A DNA stretch of 64,000 nucleotides from Veleropilina oligotropha (taxonomy: Eukaryota). The stretch covers positions 1 through 64,000 of the forward strand of contig JBEUKZ010000050.1 in NCBI GenBank assembly GCA_048128005.1, read 5' to 3'. Positions within the stretch are counted from its first letter, which is position 1, and every line of letters begins with the position of its first letter. The position numbers and the translations under genes were made by a program. Shown in pieces: positions 46,501 to 60,045 of the stretch. The notes under the pieces were generated by a model that was not told the origin of the DNA, searched no databases, and was given only the letters and a program-made list of their open reading frames with translations.

Positions 46501-49500
46501 CACAGATTAGAGCGTCAAAAAAATGTTAAATAGAAAGGTAGGATATGTGTTAGAAGCTCGTGGCTTATTCTTATGGTTTATGGCAAACATAATTCTTGTG
46601 GCCGACACCACGTTTTCTAGTTCATATAATTTTTTAAAGATCAATTGTAGTTTGTCTTTAAAATACATGCAATAATTGGGTATAATTTTATTTAGACACG
46701 GATGATGGGACTCGGTTTAAAAATGCAGCAAGAAAAGTTGTTGAAAACATCCTGAATCCAGAATCACCAGAACAGACGCAGAACTCCGATCATGTGTCAT
46801 CGTCAGGAAATACGTCTACATCACGAAACAATTCTCAGAACAAATCCACCTCGGAATCAAAGACAGTGGACACATGGATCTACCCTCTGGTCCAGATGAG
46901 CCCGTTTGGTATTACATATGATGACTTTGTAACGAGATCCCTGATGAAATCAGCTGCCCCTGGCGACGAGATCTTCTTGGCCTCAGGGTACTTCAATTTA
47001 ACAGACATGTACATGGACGTAATGTTACTGCAGTCGACTGCCGACTATCAGATCCTCATGGCTTCCCCACAGGTCAGTGCGTGTCTCGACTTCTGCTGAC
47101 CTAATACAGTACCAATATGGATGTCTGTTATACAGGGTTCTGCCCAGAAAATCATGTGTCCGGGTGGGAAAATCTTGAGTGCTGATTGGTAAAATAGTAG
47201 TGCCTGGTGGTAAATGAAAATGAGTAAAATGTACACCTAAGTAGAAAATATGCTTGGAATATTTAAATCGATAACAATACATTCGGCATCTTTTGTTACA
47301 TTTGCTATATTAAAATGTCCAAATTCAATGTAAATGCAATAAAGAAAAAATATCAATGTGATCAGGTCCCTGTGATCAGGTAACAATGAGTGCCGGGCAG
47401 AGAGTCATGAGTGCCGGGTACATGCGCCCACCGCCGCCTTCCGTGGGCAGAACCCTGGTTATACAATTTCAAGTTTGCAGTTAGCAGTAGTCAGGATTTT
47501 ATTTTGGAAAAAGGCAAAGAATAAAATCACAACACAGTTGCCGAAGGAGGCCCATCACAACAATTGATTTTTATCTAGAACTGACGGGCATAATCTGGAC
47601 AGTCAGCATCACTTATATGCGCCATATTGCATAATTCAAACACTCAATAAAATGTCTTAAATGTTGCGCTGCTGGCCTCTGGCGAACCCTGAATCTCCAC
47701 TGTATCAATTTCTTTGATTGGTGGCCATTTTGTTTGCCAAGATTTTTTGTGTGTGCTCTACAGTCATCAGTTCTAATTCAATTCTATTCCTTACATGATA
47801 ATATGAACATATGCCGGTTTGGACCTATGCTGGTATGGACCTATGCCGGTAAGGACCTATGCCGGTATGGACCTATGCCGGTATGGACCTATGCCGGTAT
47901 GGACCTATGCCGGTATGGACCTATGCCGGCATGGGCATATGCCGGTATGGACCTATGCCGGTATGGACCTATGCCGGTATGGACCTATGCCGGTATGGAC
48001 CTATGCCGGTATGGACCTATGCCAGTATGGACCTATGCGGCATGGACCTATGCTGGCATGGACCTATGCCGGTATGGACCTATGCCGGTATGGACCTATG
48101 CCGGTATGGATCTATGCCGGTATGGACCTATGCCGGTATGGACCTATGCCGGTATGGACCTATGCCGGTATGGACCTATGCCGGTATGGACCTATGCCGG
48201 TATGGACCTATGCCGGTATGGACCTATGCCGGTATGGACCTATGCCGGTATGGACATATCCCGGTATGGACATATCCCGGTATGGACCTATGCCGGTATG
48301 GACATATCCCGGTATGGACCTATGCCGGTATGGACCTATGCCGGTATGGACATATCCCGGTATGGACCTATGCCGGTATGGACCTATGCCGGTATGGACA
48401 TATGCCGGTATGGACATATCCTGGTATGGACCTATGCCGGTATGGACATATCCCGGTATGGACCTATGCCGGTATGGACCTAAGCCGGTATGGACATATC
48501 CCGGTATGGACCTATGCTGGTATGGACCTATGCCGGTATGGACCTATGCCGGTATGGACCTATGCCGGTATGGACATATCCCGGTATGGACCTATGCCGG
48601 TATGGACATATCCCGGTATGGACCTATGCCGGTATGGACATATCCCGGTATGGACCTATGCCGGTATGGACCTATGCCGGTATGGACATATGCCGGTATG
48701 GACCTATCCCGGTATGGACCTGTGCCAGTATGGACCTATGCCGGTATAGGTCCATACCGGTATGGACCTATGCTGGTATGGACCTATGCCGGTATGGACC
48801 TATGCCGGTATGGACCTGTGCCGGTATGGACCTATGCCGGTATGGACCTATGCCAGTATGGACATATGTTGGTATGGACCTATGCCGGTATGGACCTATG
48901 CCGGTATGGACCTGTGCCGGTATGGACCTGTGCCGGTATGGACCTATGCCGGTATAGGTCCATACCGGTATGGACCTATGCCGGTATGTACCTATGCCGG
49001 TATGGACATATCCCGGTATGGACCTATGCCGGTATGGACCCATGCTGGTATGGACCTATGCCGGTATAGGTCCATACCGGTATGGACCTATGCCGGTATG
49101 GACCTATGCCGGTATGGACCTATGCCGGTATGGACCTATGCCGGTATGGACCTATGCCGGTATGGACCTGTGCCGGTATGGACCTATGCCGGTATGTACC
49201 TATGCCGGTATGGACCTATGCCGGTATGGACCTATGCCGGTATGTACCTATGCCGGTATGGACATATGCCGGTATGGACCTATGCCGGTATGGACCTATG
49301 CCGGTATGGACCTATGCCGGTATGGACCTATGCCGGTATGTACCTATGCCGGTATGGACATATGCCGGTATGGACATATCCCGGTATGGACATATCCCGG
49401 TATGGACCTATGCCGGTATGGACCTGACGGGTGTTAAAAACGGAAATTATGCACCGATTCAAACCAAATCTAGTTTTATTGACTTTTCGAAACTGTGCTT

Positions 49501-52500
49501 TTACTATTATCTATGGTGACCAGATTATGTTACTACCATTTATGACCATCCTCGATAGCTCAACTAGTTGGGCGTTGGTAAAACGATGTGGGACGTTAGG
49601 ATGTGGCTTCAAATCCCCGTTCCGGCGTTGCTATTCTAACGCTTAAAACTAATAGATGGCATATCCCTAATGTACATCGGTCAGATCAGAGCGAGACCTT
49701 AAACAGGGTGTCCCGACTACGATACATTTGAAAAATTGCTTAATGTGGTCGTAAAACAATGTTGCCAACCAACTCCCATTTATGACATTTGACTTCTGTC
49801 CATTTCAGGTAAATGGGTTTTTTGGTGCACGAGGCATCGCTGGCGCCATCCCAGATGCATACACGTACATCGCCAAGGGCTTTTATTACAGAGTACGCTC
49901 CCTAAAGCAGGATAACCGGATCAAGATGCACGAGTTTTACCGCGACACTTGGACGTTTCATGTCAAGGGCCTCTGGTACTACCGCAATAAACAATCACTT
50001 CCCTCACTAACGTTTGTGGGGTCTCCCAACTTTGGTAAGATGTGGATAATTCTGTATGTCCAAATGTATCTTTGAGTAAATTTGAAATTGGGCACTTTTA
50101 ATTGTTATTTTGCTCATATGAAAAAAAAAATTTTAATAACCTGCTTGAAATGTTGTTCATTTTGAAAATTAATGTTTTGAACCCTATGTGTACAGCTCTC
50201 GTATGTATATTATGGGCTCATACCTTTCCCTGTATGCCGTTCCCATATAAGCTTACAATCAGTATATATATACGGCGGCAAAAATTCTTTGCTCAGAGTA
50301 AAATACACTCGACACAGGAAGGATTAATGGAATCTTTAAACAATACAGATATAGAGGCTATCGATAGAGTGTCCATTTAATATGAGAATTATGAAACGAG
50401 TCGGGCACAATTTATGTACCGAGCCTGGGCGACGTACATAAATTTGCTGACAAGTTTCATAATTCTCTTGTGAAATGGAAACAAGTTTGATATCTTCTTT
50501 ATCACATGACTTTATTTACCTTTAATCTTATTTTATTGCGTTTTTAGACTCATTTCTTTACGTTTTAAAACTAATTTCTGTCAGTACTTTCAGACATAAA
50601 TTGCCATGCCTGAGACGCATCACGCCTCAAAAGCACGTGCCATGCCAGTCAACGCGTATGAATTATTCAATATGTTAATGAGGGTGATGCGCCGCCTAAT
50701 CAACTTGGCGTCAGATGCGACGACCGGGCGTCATGCTCGCCCTCATTTGCATATTTATGGCACGTGTCTTTTGTATCGAAATTTATGGAACAGCTTCTAC
50801 CATTTCATAATAGGTTTGTCATGTGATAAAGATAACTGCATATCAATGAATCATATCACTACAATTTCAGGGTACCGCTCCATGTACAGGGATCTTGAAT
50901 GCCAACTAGCAATTGCCACTGAAAATACGACACTCAGAGAAAGGCTGAAAAAGGTCATTGTTTTTACAAAAGTTAAACACACATTTTTCAATGATTTGTA
51001 ATAATAGTGACATCATGTATTCACCTTTATGTTTTCTGCTCAATGTTTACTTTATCGTTATGTTGCAACCTACCTGTACACTGTGGATATACCTGAACGT
51101 CTGGTGGTGCAATGGATGAGCGTGGCTCACAATACGCATGCCTGATCAATCTGCTCATAATACATGCCTGATTAACCTGCTCACAATATGCATGCCTGAT
51201 TAACCTGCTCACAATATGCATGCCTGATTAACCTGCTCACAATCCACATGCCTGATCAACCTGCTCACAATACACATGCCTGATTAACCTGCTCACAATA
51301 CACATGCCTGATCAACCTGCTCACAATCCACATGCCTGATTAACCTGCTCACAATACACATGCCTGATTGACCTGCTCACAATACACATGCCTGATTGAC
51401 CTGCTCACAATCCACATGCCGGATCAACCTGCTCACAATACACATGCCTGATTAACCTGCTCACAATACACATGCCTGATTGACCTGCTCACAATACAGA
51501 TGCCTGATTGACCTGCTCAAAATCCACATGCCTGATCAACCTGCTCACAATCCACATGCCTGATCAACCTGCTCACAATACACATGCCGGATTAACCTGC
51601 TCACAATACACATGCCTGATTAACCTGCTCACAATACACATGCCTAATTAACCTGCCCACAATACACATGCCTGATTGACCTGCTCGCAATACACATGCC
51701 TGATTGACCTGCTCGCAATACACATGCCTGATTGACCTGCTCACAATACACACGCCGGATTAACCTGCTCACAATACACATGCCTGATTGACCTGCTCGC
51801 AATACACATGCCTGATTGACCTGCTCGCAATACACATGCCTGATTAACCTGCTCACAATACACATGCCTGATTGACCTGCTCACAATACACATGCCTGAT
51901 TGACCTGCTCACAATACACATGCCTGATTGACCTGCTCACAATACACATGCCTGATTAACCTGCTCACAATACACATGCCTGATTGACCTGCTCACAATA
52001 CATGCCTGATCAACCTGCTCACAATACACATGCCGGATTAACCTGCTCACAATACACATGCCTGATTGACCTGCTCACAATACACATGCCCGATTAACCT
52101 GCTCACAATACACATGCCTGATTGACCTTCTCACAATACACATGCCTGATTGACCTGATCACAATACACATGCCTGATTAACCTGCTCACAATACACATG
52201 CCTGATTGACCTGCTCACAATACACATGCCTGATTGACCTGCTCACAATACATGCCTGATTAACCTGCTCACAATACACATGCCTGATTGACCTGCTCAC
52301 AATACACATGCCTGATTGACCTCACAATACACATGCCTGATTGACCTGCTCACAATACACATGCCTGATTGACCTGCTCCCAATACACATGCCTGATTGA
52401 CCTGCTCACAATACAGATGCCTGATTGACCTGCTCACAATACACATGCCTGATTGACCTGCTCACAATACACATGCCTGATTGACCTGCTCACAATACAC

Positions 52501-55500
52501 ATGCCTGATTAACCTGCTCACAATACACATGCCTGATTAACCTGCTCACAATACATGCCTGATTAACCCGCTCACAATGCACATGCCTGATTAACCTGCT
52601 CACAATACACATGCCTGATTGACCTGCTCACAATACATGCCTGATTGACCTGCTCACAATACATGCCTGATTAACCTGCTCACAATACACATGCCTGATT
52701 AACCTGCTCACAATACATGCCTGATTGACCTGCTCACAATACACATGTCTGATTAAGCTGCTCACAATATACATGCCTGATTAACCTGCTCACAATACAC
52801 ATGCCTGATTAACCTGCTCACAATACACATGGCTGATTGACCTGCTCACAATACACATGCCTGATTGACCTGCTCACAATACATGCCTGATTAACCTGCT
52901 CACAATACTCATGCCTGATTAACCTGCTCACAATACATGCCTGATTGGCCTGCTCACAATACACATGCCTGATTAACCTGCTCACAATACATGCCTGATT
53001 GACCTGCTCACAATACACATGCCTGATTAACCTGCTCACAATACACATGCCTGATTGACCTGCTCACAATACACATGCCTGATTAACCTGCTCACAATAC
53101 ATGCCTGATTGACCTGCTCACAATGCACATGCCTGATTGACCTGCTCACAATACACATGCCTGATTGACCTGCTCACAATACACATGCCTGATTAACCTG
53201 CTCACAATACACATGCCTGATCAACCTGCTCACAATATACATGCCTGATTAACCTGCTCACAATACACATGCCTGATTAACATGCTCACAATATACATGC
53301 CTGATTGACCTGCTCACAATACACATGCCTGATTAACCTGCTCACAATACACATGGCTGATTAACCTGCTCACAATACACATGCCTGATTAACCTGCTCA
53401 CAATCCACATGCCTGATTAACCTGCTCACAATACACATGCCTGATTAACCTGCTCACAATACACATGCCTGATTAACCTGCTCACAATATATGCCTGATT
53501 GACCTGCTCGCAATGCACATGCCTGATTGACCTGCTCACAATACACATGCCTGATTGACCTGCTCACAATATACATGCCTGATTAACCTGCTCACAATAC
53601 ATATGCCTGATTAACATGCTCACAATATACATGCCTGATTGACCTGCTCACAATACACATGCCTGATTAACCTGCTCACAATATACATGCCTGATTAACC
53701 TGCTCACAATACACATGCCTGATTAACATGCTCACAATATACATGCCTGATTGACCTGCTCACAATACACATGCCTGATTAACCTGCTCACAATACACAT
53801 GGCTGATTAACCTGCTCACAATACACATGCCTGATTAACCTGCTCACAATCCACATGCCTGATTAACCTGCTCACAATACACATGCCTGATTAACCTGCT
53901 CACAATACACATGCCTGATTGACCTGCTCACAATACACATGCCTGATTAACCTGCTCACAATACACATGCCTGATTGACCTGCTCACAATACACATGCCT
54001 GATTAACCTGCTCACAATACACATGCCTGATTGACCTGCTCACAATACACATGCCTGATTAACCTGCTCACAATACACATGCCTGATTAACCTGCTCACA
54101 ATACACATGCCTGATTGACCTGCTCACAATACACATGCCTGATTGACCTGCTCACAATACACATGCCTGATTAACCTGCTCACAATACACATGCCTGATT
54201 GACCTGCTCACAATACACATGCCTGATTGACCTGCTCACAATGCACATGCCTGATTAACCTGCTCACAATACACATGCCTGATTAACCTGCTCACAATAC
54301 ACATGCCTGATTAACCTGCTCACAATACACATGCCTGATTAACCTGCTCACAATATATGCCTGATTGACCTGCTCGCAATGCACATGCCTGATTGACTTG
54401 CTCACAATACACATGCCTGATTGACCTGCTCACAATACACATGCCTGATTAACCTGCTCACAATACACATGCCTGATTAACATGCTCACAATACACATGC
54501 CTGATTAACCTGCTCACAATACACATGCCTGATTAACATGCTCACAATATACATGCCTGATTGACCTGCTCACAATACACATGCCTGATCAACCTGCTCA
54601 CAATATACATGCCTGATTAACCTGCTCACAATACACATGCCTGATTAACATGCTCACAATATACATGCCTGATTGACCTGCTCACAATACACATGCCTGA
54701 TTAACCTGCTCACAATACACATGGCTGATTAACCTGCTCACAATACACATGCCTGATTAACCTGCTCACAATCCACATGCCTGATTAACCTGCTCACAAT
54801 ACACATGCCTGATTAACCTGCTCACAATACACATGCCTGATTGACCTGCTCACAATACACATGCCTGATTGACCTGCTCACAATACACATGCCTGATTGA
54901 CCTGCTCACAATGCACATGCCTGATTAACCTGCTCACAATACATGCCTGATTGACCTGCTCACAATACACATGCCTGATTAACCTGCTCACAATACACAT
55001 GCCTGATTGACCTGCTCACAATACACATGCCTGATTAACCTGCTCACAATACATGCCTGATTGACCTGCTCACAATGCACATGCCTGATTGACCTGCTCA
55101 CAATACACATGCCTGATTGACCTGCTCACAATACACATGCCTGATTAACCTGCTCACAATATACATGCCTGATTAACCTGCTCACAATACACATGCCTGA
55201 TTAACATGCTCACAATATACATGCCTGATTGACCTGCTCACAATACACATGCCTGATTAACCTGCTCACAATACACATGGCTGATTAACCTGCTCACAAT
55301 ACACATGCCTGATTAACCTGCTCACAATCCACATGCCTGATTAACCTGCTCACAATACACATGCCTGATTAACCTGCTCACAATACACATGCCTGATTGA
55401 CCTGCTCACAATACACATGCCTGATTAACCTGCTCACAATACACATGCCTGATTAACCTGCTCACAATATACATGCCTGATTGACCTGCTCACAATACAC

Positions 55501-58500
55501 ATGCCTGATCAACCTGCTCACAATATACATGCCTGATTAACCTGCTCACAATACACATGCCTGATTAACATGCTCACAATATACATGCCTGATTGACCTG
55601 CTCACAATGCACATGCCTGATTGACCTGCTCACAATACACATGCCTGATTAACCTGCTCACAATACACATGCCTGATTAACATGCTCACAATACACATGC
55701 CTGATTAACCTGCTCACAATACACATGCCTGATTAACATGCTCACAATATACATGCCTGATTGACCTGCTCACAATACACATGCCTGATCAACCTGCTCA
55801 CAATATACATGCCTGATTAACCTGCTCACAATACACATGCCTGATTAACCTGCTCACAATCCACATGCCTGATTAACCTGCTCACAATACACATGCCTGA
55901 TTAACCTGCTCACAATACACATGCCTGATTAACATGCTCACAATTTACATGCCTGATTGACCTGCTCACTATACACATGCCTGATTAACCTGCTCACAAT
56001 ACACATGGCTGATTAACCTGCTCACAATACACATGCCTGATTAACCTGCTCACAATCCACATGCCTGATTAACCTGCTCACAATACACATGCCTGATTAA
56101 CCTGCTCACAATACACATGCCTGATTGACCTGCTCACAATACACATGCCTGATTGACCTGCTCACAATACACATGCCTGATTGACCTGCTCACAATGCAC
56201 ATGCCTGATTAACCTGCTCACAATACATGCCTGATTGACCTGCTCACAATACACATGCCTGATTGACCTGCTCACAATACACATGCCTGATTAACCTGCT
56301 CACAATACACATGCCTGATTAACATGCTCATAATACACATGCCTGATTAACCTGCTCACAATACACATGCCTGATTAACATGCTCACAATATACATGCCT
56401 GATTGACCTGCTCACAATACACATGCCTGATCAACCTGCTCACAATATACATGCCTGATTAACCTGCTCACAATACACATGCCTGATTGACCTGCTCACA
56501 ATACACATGCCTGATTGACCTGCTCACAATACACATGCCTGATTAACCTGCTCACAATACATGCCTGATTGACCTGCTCACAATGCACATGCCTGATTGA
56601 CCTGCTCACAATACACATGCCTGATTAACCTGCTCACAATACACATGCCTGATTGACCTGCTCACAATACACATGCCTGATTGACCTGCTCACAATACAC
56701 ATGCCTGATTGACCTGCTCACAATACACATGCCTGATTAACCTGCTCACAATATATGCCTGATTGACCTGCTCGCAATGCACATGCCTGATTGACCTGCT
56801 CACAATACACATGCCTGATTGACCTGCTCACAATACACATGCCTGATTAACCTGCTCACAATACACATGCCTGATTAACATGCTCACAATACACATGCCT
56901 GATTAACCTGCTCACAATACACATGCCTGATTAACATGCTCACAATATACATGCCTGATTGACCTGCTCACAATACACATGCCTGATCAACCTGCTCACA
57001 ATATACATGCCTGATTAACCTGCTCACAATACACATGCCTGATTAACATGCTCACATTATACATGCCTGATTGACCTGCTCACAATACACATGCCTGATT
57101 AACCTGCTCACAATACACATGGCTGATTAACCTGCTCACAATACACATGCCTGATTAACCTGCTCACAATCCACATGCCTGATTAACCTGCTCACAATAC
57201 ACATGCCTGATTAACCTGCTCACAATACACATGCCTGATTGACCTGCTCACAATACACATGCCTGATTGACCTGCTCACAATACACATGCCTGATTGACC
57301 TGCTCACAATGCACATGCCTGATTAACCTGCTCACAATACATGCCTGATTGACCTGCTCACAATGCACATGCCTGATTGACCTGCTCACAATACACATGC
57401 CTGATTGACCTGCTCACAATACACATGCCTGATTAACCTGCTCACAATACACATGCCTGATTAACATGCTCACAATACACATGCCTGATTAACCTGCTCA
57501 CAATACACATGCCTGATTAACATGCTCACAATATACATGCCTGATTGACCTGCTCACAATACACATGCCTGATCAACCTGCTCACAATATACATGCCTGA
57601 TTAACCTGCTCACAATACACATGCCTGATTAACATGCTCACAATATACATGCCTGATTGACCTGCTCACAATACACATGCCTGATTAACCTGCTCACAAT
57701 ACACATGGCTGATTAACCTGCTCACAATACACATGCCTGATTAACCTGCTCACAATCCACATGCCTGATTAACCTGCTCACAATACACATGCCTGATTAA
57801 CCTGCTCACAATACAAATGCCTGATTGACCTGCTCACAATACACATGCCTGATTGACCTGGTCACAATACACATGCCTGATTGACCTGCTCACAATACAC
57901 ATGCCTGATTGACCTGCTCACAATACACATGCCTGATTGACCTGCTCACAATACACATGCCTGATTAACCTGCTCACAATACACATGCCGGATTAACCTG
58001 CTCACAATACACATGCCTGATTGACCTGCTCACAATACACATGCCTGATTAACCTGCTCGCAATACACATGCCTGATTAACCTGCTCACAATATACATGC
58101 CTGATTGACCTGCTCACAATACACATGCCTGATAAACCTGCTCACAATACACATGCCTGATTAACCTTCTCACAATACACATGCCTGATTAAGCTGCTCA
58201 CAATACACATGCCTGATTAACCTGCTCACAATACACATGCCTGATTGACCTGCTCACAATACACATGCCTGATTAACCTTCTCACAATACACATGCCTGA
58301 TTAAGCTGCTCACAATACACATGCCTGATTAACCTGCTCACAATACACATGCCTGATTAAGCTGCTCACAATACACATGCCTGATTAACCTGCTCACAAT
58401 ACACATGCTTGATTAACCTGCTCACAATATTCATGCCTGATTAACCTGCTTAACACTAATAGGATTGCGTTAGAAGCCTCAGCTCCGCACTCTGGGCAGT

Positions 58501-58828
58501 CACAGTTGTCGATAACGGGCTTGTGCAGGCAGTTTTCCCGGGCGATGGTCGTTTCTTCCCATGACAATATGAACATGTCCTAGATGACCGTAATGGCATT
58601 TAATGAGAGTCGAGGTACTGAGCCAAACTAAACTATAGATATACCTACTATTAATTATGTGTGAGAATAAATCAGACAAATGTATAATAAATTTTGTTTC
58701 TTTTTCAGGAGCATACTAGGTTGTACGAGTCGTCTTATGCTGTCTCAGATAAAACATTTAATGCAGAAGATCGATATGTCCCAATATGGGCGCGTTTTGT
58801 GACAACCATCATCAAGAAATTCTTCTGA
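40540..58828 (+). CDS. PGS1: CDP-diacylglycerol--glycerol-3-phosphate 3-phosphatidyltransferase, mitochondrial (PLD superfamily); complete, 9 exons, 534 aa
   Basis: 1,605 nt spliced in frame. Motifs RRIVLASLYLGTG, LLDYTRGSRG, HLKVYSFDD...SGANLSNDYFTNRQDRY, ASGYFNLT, WTFHVKGLWY, GSPNFGYRS and C-terminal IIKKFF* match the PGS1 family. Confidence 0.95.
40850..41835 (-). mobile_element. Decayed 5'-truncated non-LTR retrotransposon (CR1/L2-like RT C-terminal part)
   Basis: Frameshifted RT motifs SGVPQGTVLGPVLFL, ARLFADGCLL, WLMTFNPSKCEVL; lies in PGS1 intron 1. Confidence 0.88.
42243..42432 (+). CDS. PGS1: PGS1 exon 2
   Basis: CCLAING...FSWIGKTAPCFGVSGEQV...EPNEFYEALK, donor gtgagc. Confidence 0.85.
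42748..43099 (-). mobile_element. tRNA-derived SINE, family A, copy 2
   Basis: Reverse complement nearly identical to 4062-4403. Confidence 0.87.
43341..43776. mobile_element. Kolobok-like non-autonomous element (TTAA TSD)
   Basis: TTAA|ATAGACTATTGCCC ... GGGCAATAGTCACT|TTAA; a related end lies at 38388-38530. Confidence 0.65.
44023..44100 (+). CDS. PGS1: PGS1 exon 3 (not in ORF track)
   Basis: LGAKTSKRRIVLASLYLGTGQLEHDL, tttcag/gtaagg. Confidence 0.93.
44535..44827 (+). CDS. PGS1: PGS1 exon 4 (first HxK motif)
   Basis: VKCVEEAC...LLDYTRGSRG...HLKVYSFDDSVIVS. Confidence 0.93.
45640..45821 (+). CDS. PGS1: PGS1 exon 5
   Basis: ANLSNDYFTNRQDRY...IHPFE. Confidence 0.93.
45940..46514. repeat. 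44-bp minisatellite (~13 units)
   Basis: AGAGCCCATAATAAGTGTCTCAGTATTCAATAACTCCACAGATT. Confidence 0.95.
46696..47072 (+). CDS. PGS1: PGS1 exon 6
   Basis: TDDGTRFK..., S/N/T-rich loop, DTWIYPLVQM...ASGYFNLT...MASPQ. Confidence 0.9.
47133..47457. mobile_element. Small TIR element
   Basis: CAGGGTTCTGCCCA ... TGGGCAGAACCCTG, GTTATA on both flanks. Confidence 0.72.
47802..49425. repeat. 16-bp quasi-palindromic minisatellite (~100 units)
   Basis: GGTATGGACCTATGCC; three units are inverted. Confidence 0.97.
49549..49775 (+). mobile_element. SINE family C, copy 2
   Basis: Degenerate tRNA-like head; body and tail shared with 25430-25660. Confidence 0.7.
49809..50034 (+). CDS. PGS1: PGS1 exon 7 (second HxK motif)
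   Basis: VNGFFGARGIAGAIP...WTFHVKGLWY...GSPNF. Confidence 0.94.
50871..50953 (+). CDS. PGS1: PGS1 exon 8
   Basis: YRSMYRDLECQLAIATENTTLRERLKK. Confidence 0.92.
51125..58452. repeat. 28-bp satellite (~260 units, 7.3 kb) filling PGS1 intron 8
   Basis: CACAATACACATGCCTGATT(A/G)ACCTGCT with 26-bp variants. Confidence 0.98.
58709..58828 (+). CDS. PGS1: PGS1 exon 9, terminal (not in ORF track)
   Basis: Strong polypyrimidine acceptor, EHTRLYESSYAVSDKTFNAEDRYVPIWARFVTTIIKKFF-TGA. Confidence 0.93.
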   Translation, partial: EHTRLYESSYAVSDKTFNAEDRYVPIWARFVTTIIKKFF

Positions 58829-59636
58829 ATGTTGATCGCATTTCTTATACTGTATTGTGTATTTTATCTATACTAATAACATAGAGCTTTGTACATTTCA
58901 ATACATTTTTAATCAAATATGTCTAGTATTAATAGATAATGAAATAATGTGTCTAGTTTATTTGTTTTTATTAATATATTAATATTAATAATTATTATTA
59001 TTTATAATAAAAGTAATGATTTCATCAGTTAATGCTTGTATTGTTTGTTGTATAATGAATGCCGCATTCATGGACTGATGGAATATAAACTTTGAAAAGC
59101 TAGGCATAAAAATCGTGGTCTCTCAAACCTGAGTCAAATCTTATTTGTCATATTTTACCATCCATGGATTTTGAATATTGTGGGCAGTTACTAGTATAAA
59201 TGAAACTCCAGGTTATCTCGACTCCTATGAACCCGGGCAATTTCATCATAATTTTGCCTGCTATTATTATTTGACTCCTGATTGGTTTGATTTGATTTGA
59301 ATAGATTTGTTTTACGATCACATGTTAGCAATTTTTCCATCGTTTTATAGTTGGCTTTGGTATAATTGGAATGGTGCCTCTTTATACAATTAACAGATGA
59401 ATTTCACTATACATTTTATTTATTTAGGGCATTTCATTGTTGCGCATCGTAACATGAATTAGCATTATAAGTGTATACATATTCTTCAAGTTCTTAAAAT
59501 ACAAGGCTGTCTGTTAATGCAGTGGTCAGGATCTCGATTAACTCACAGGCCTGACTTCTCTAAGACTGATTAACTGAGATGGGTTCGAATCCTCGCCTGA
59601 CACTTTATTCACTTAACAGTCACAGTTGATCATAGC

Positions 59637-60045
59637 TGGCCGATACTGGCAGGTGTTCTGGCCGATACTGGCAGGTGTTCTGGCTGATACTGGCAGGTGT
59701 TCTGGCCGATACTGGCAGGTGTTCTGGCCGATACTGGCAGGTGTTCTGGCCGATACTGGCAGGTGTTCTGGCCGATACTGGCAGGTGTTCTGGCCGATAC
59801 TGGCAGGTGTTCTGGCTGATACTGGCAGGTGTTCTGGCCAATACTGGCAGGTGTTCTGGCCGATACTGGCAGGTGTTCTGGCCGATACTGGCATGTGTTC
59901 TGGCCGATACTGGCAGGTGTTCTGGCCGATACTGGCAGGTGTTCTGGCTGATACTGGCAGGTGTTCTGGCCAATACTGGCAGGTGTTCTGGCCGATACTG
60001 GTAGGTCGCAGTTGATCATAATTGGCCGATACTGGCAGGTGTTCT
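59637..60045. repeat. 22-bp minisatellite (~17 units) inside a SINE-like sequence
   Basis: GGCCGATACTGGCAGGTGTTCT; B-box GGTTCGAATCC about 50 bp upstream. Confidence 0.93.

Noticed and set aside
46750..46870. Ser/Asn/Thr-rich segment in PGS1 exon 6
   Set aside because: A low-complexity linker between the two PLD-like halves, in a region expected to vary; no evidence of a new domain.
47734..49519. Long repetitive ORFs (up to 416 aa, YGPMPVWTYAGMDLCR)
   Set aside because: Translation of a stop-poor 16-bp minisatellite, open in all three frames, inside PGS1 intron 6.
51027..58576. Cys/His-containing short ORFs (MCIVSRLIRHVYCEQ...)
   Set aside because: Translations of the 28-bp satellite.
59613..60019. 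ORFs of about 90-130 aa on both strands
   Set aside because: Artefacts of the 22-bp tandem repeat.
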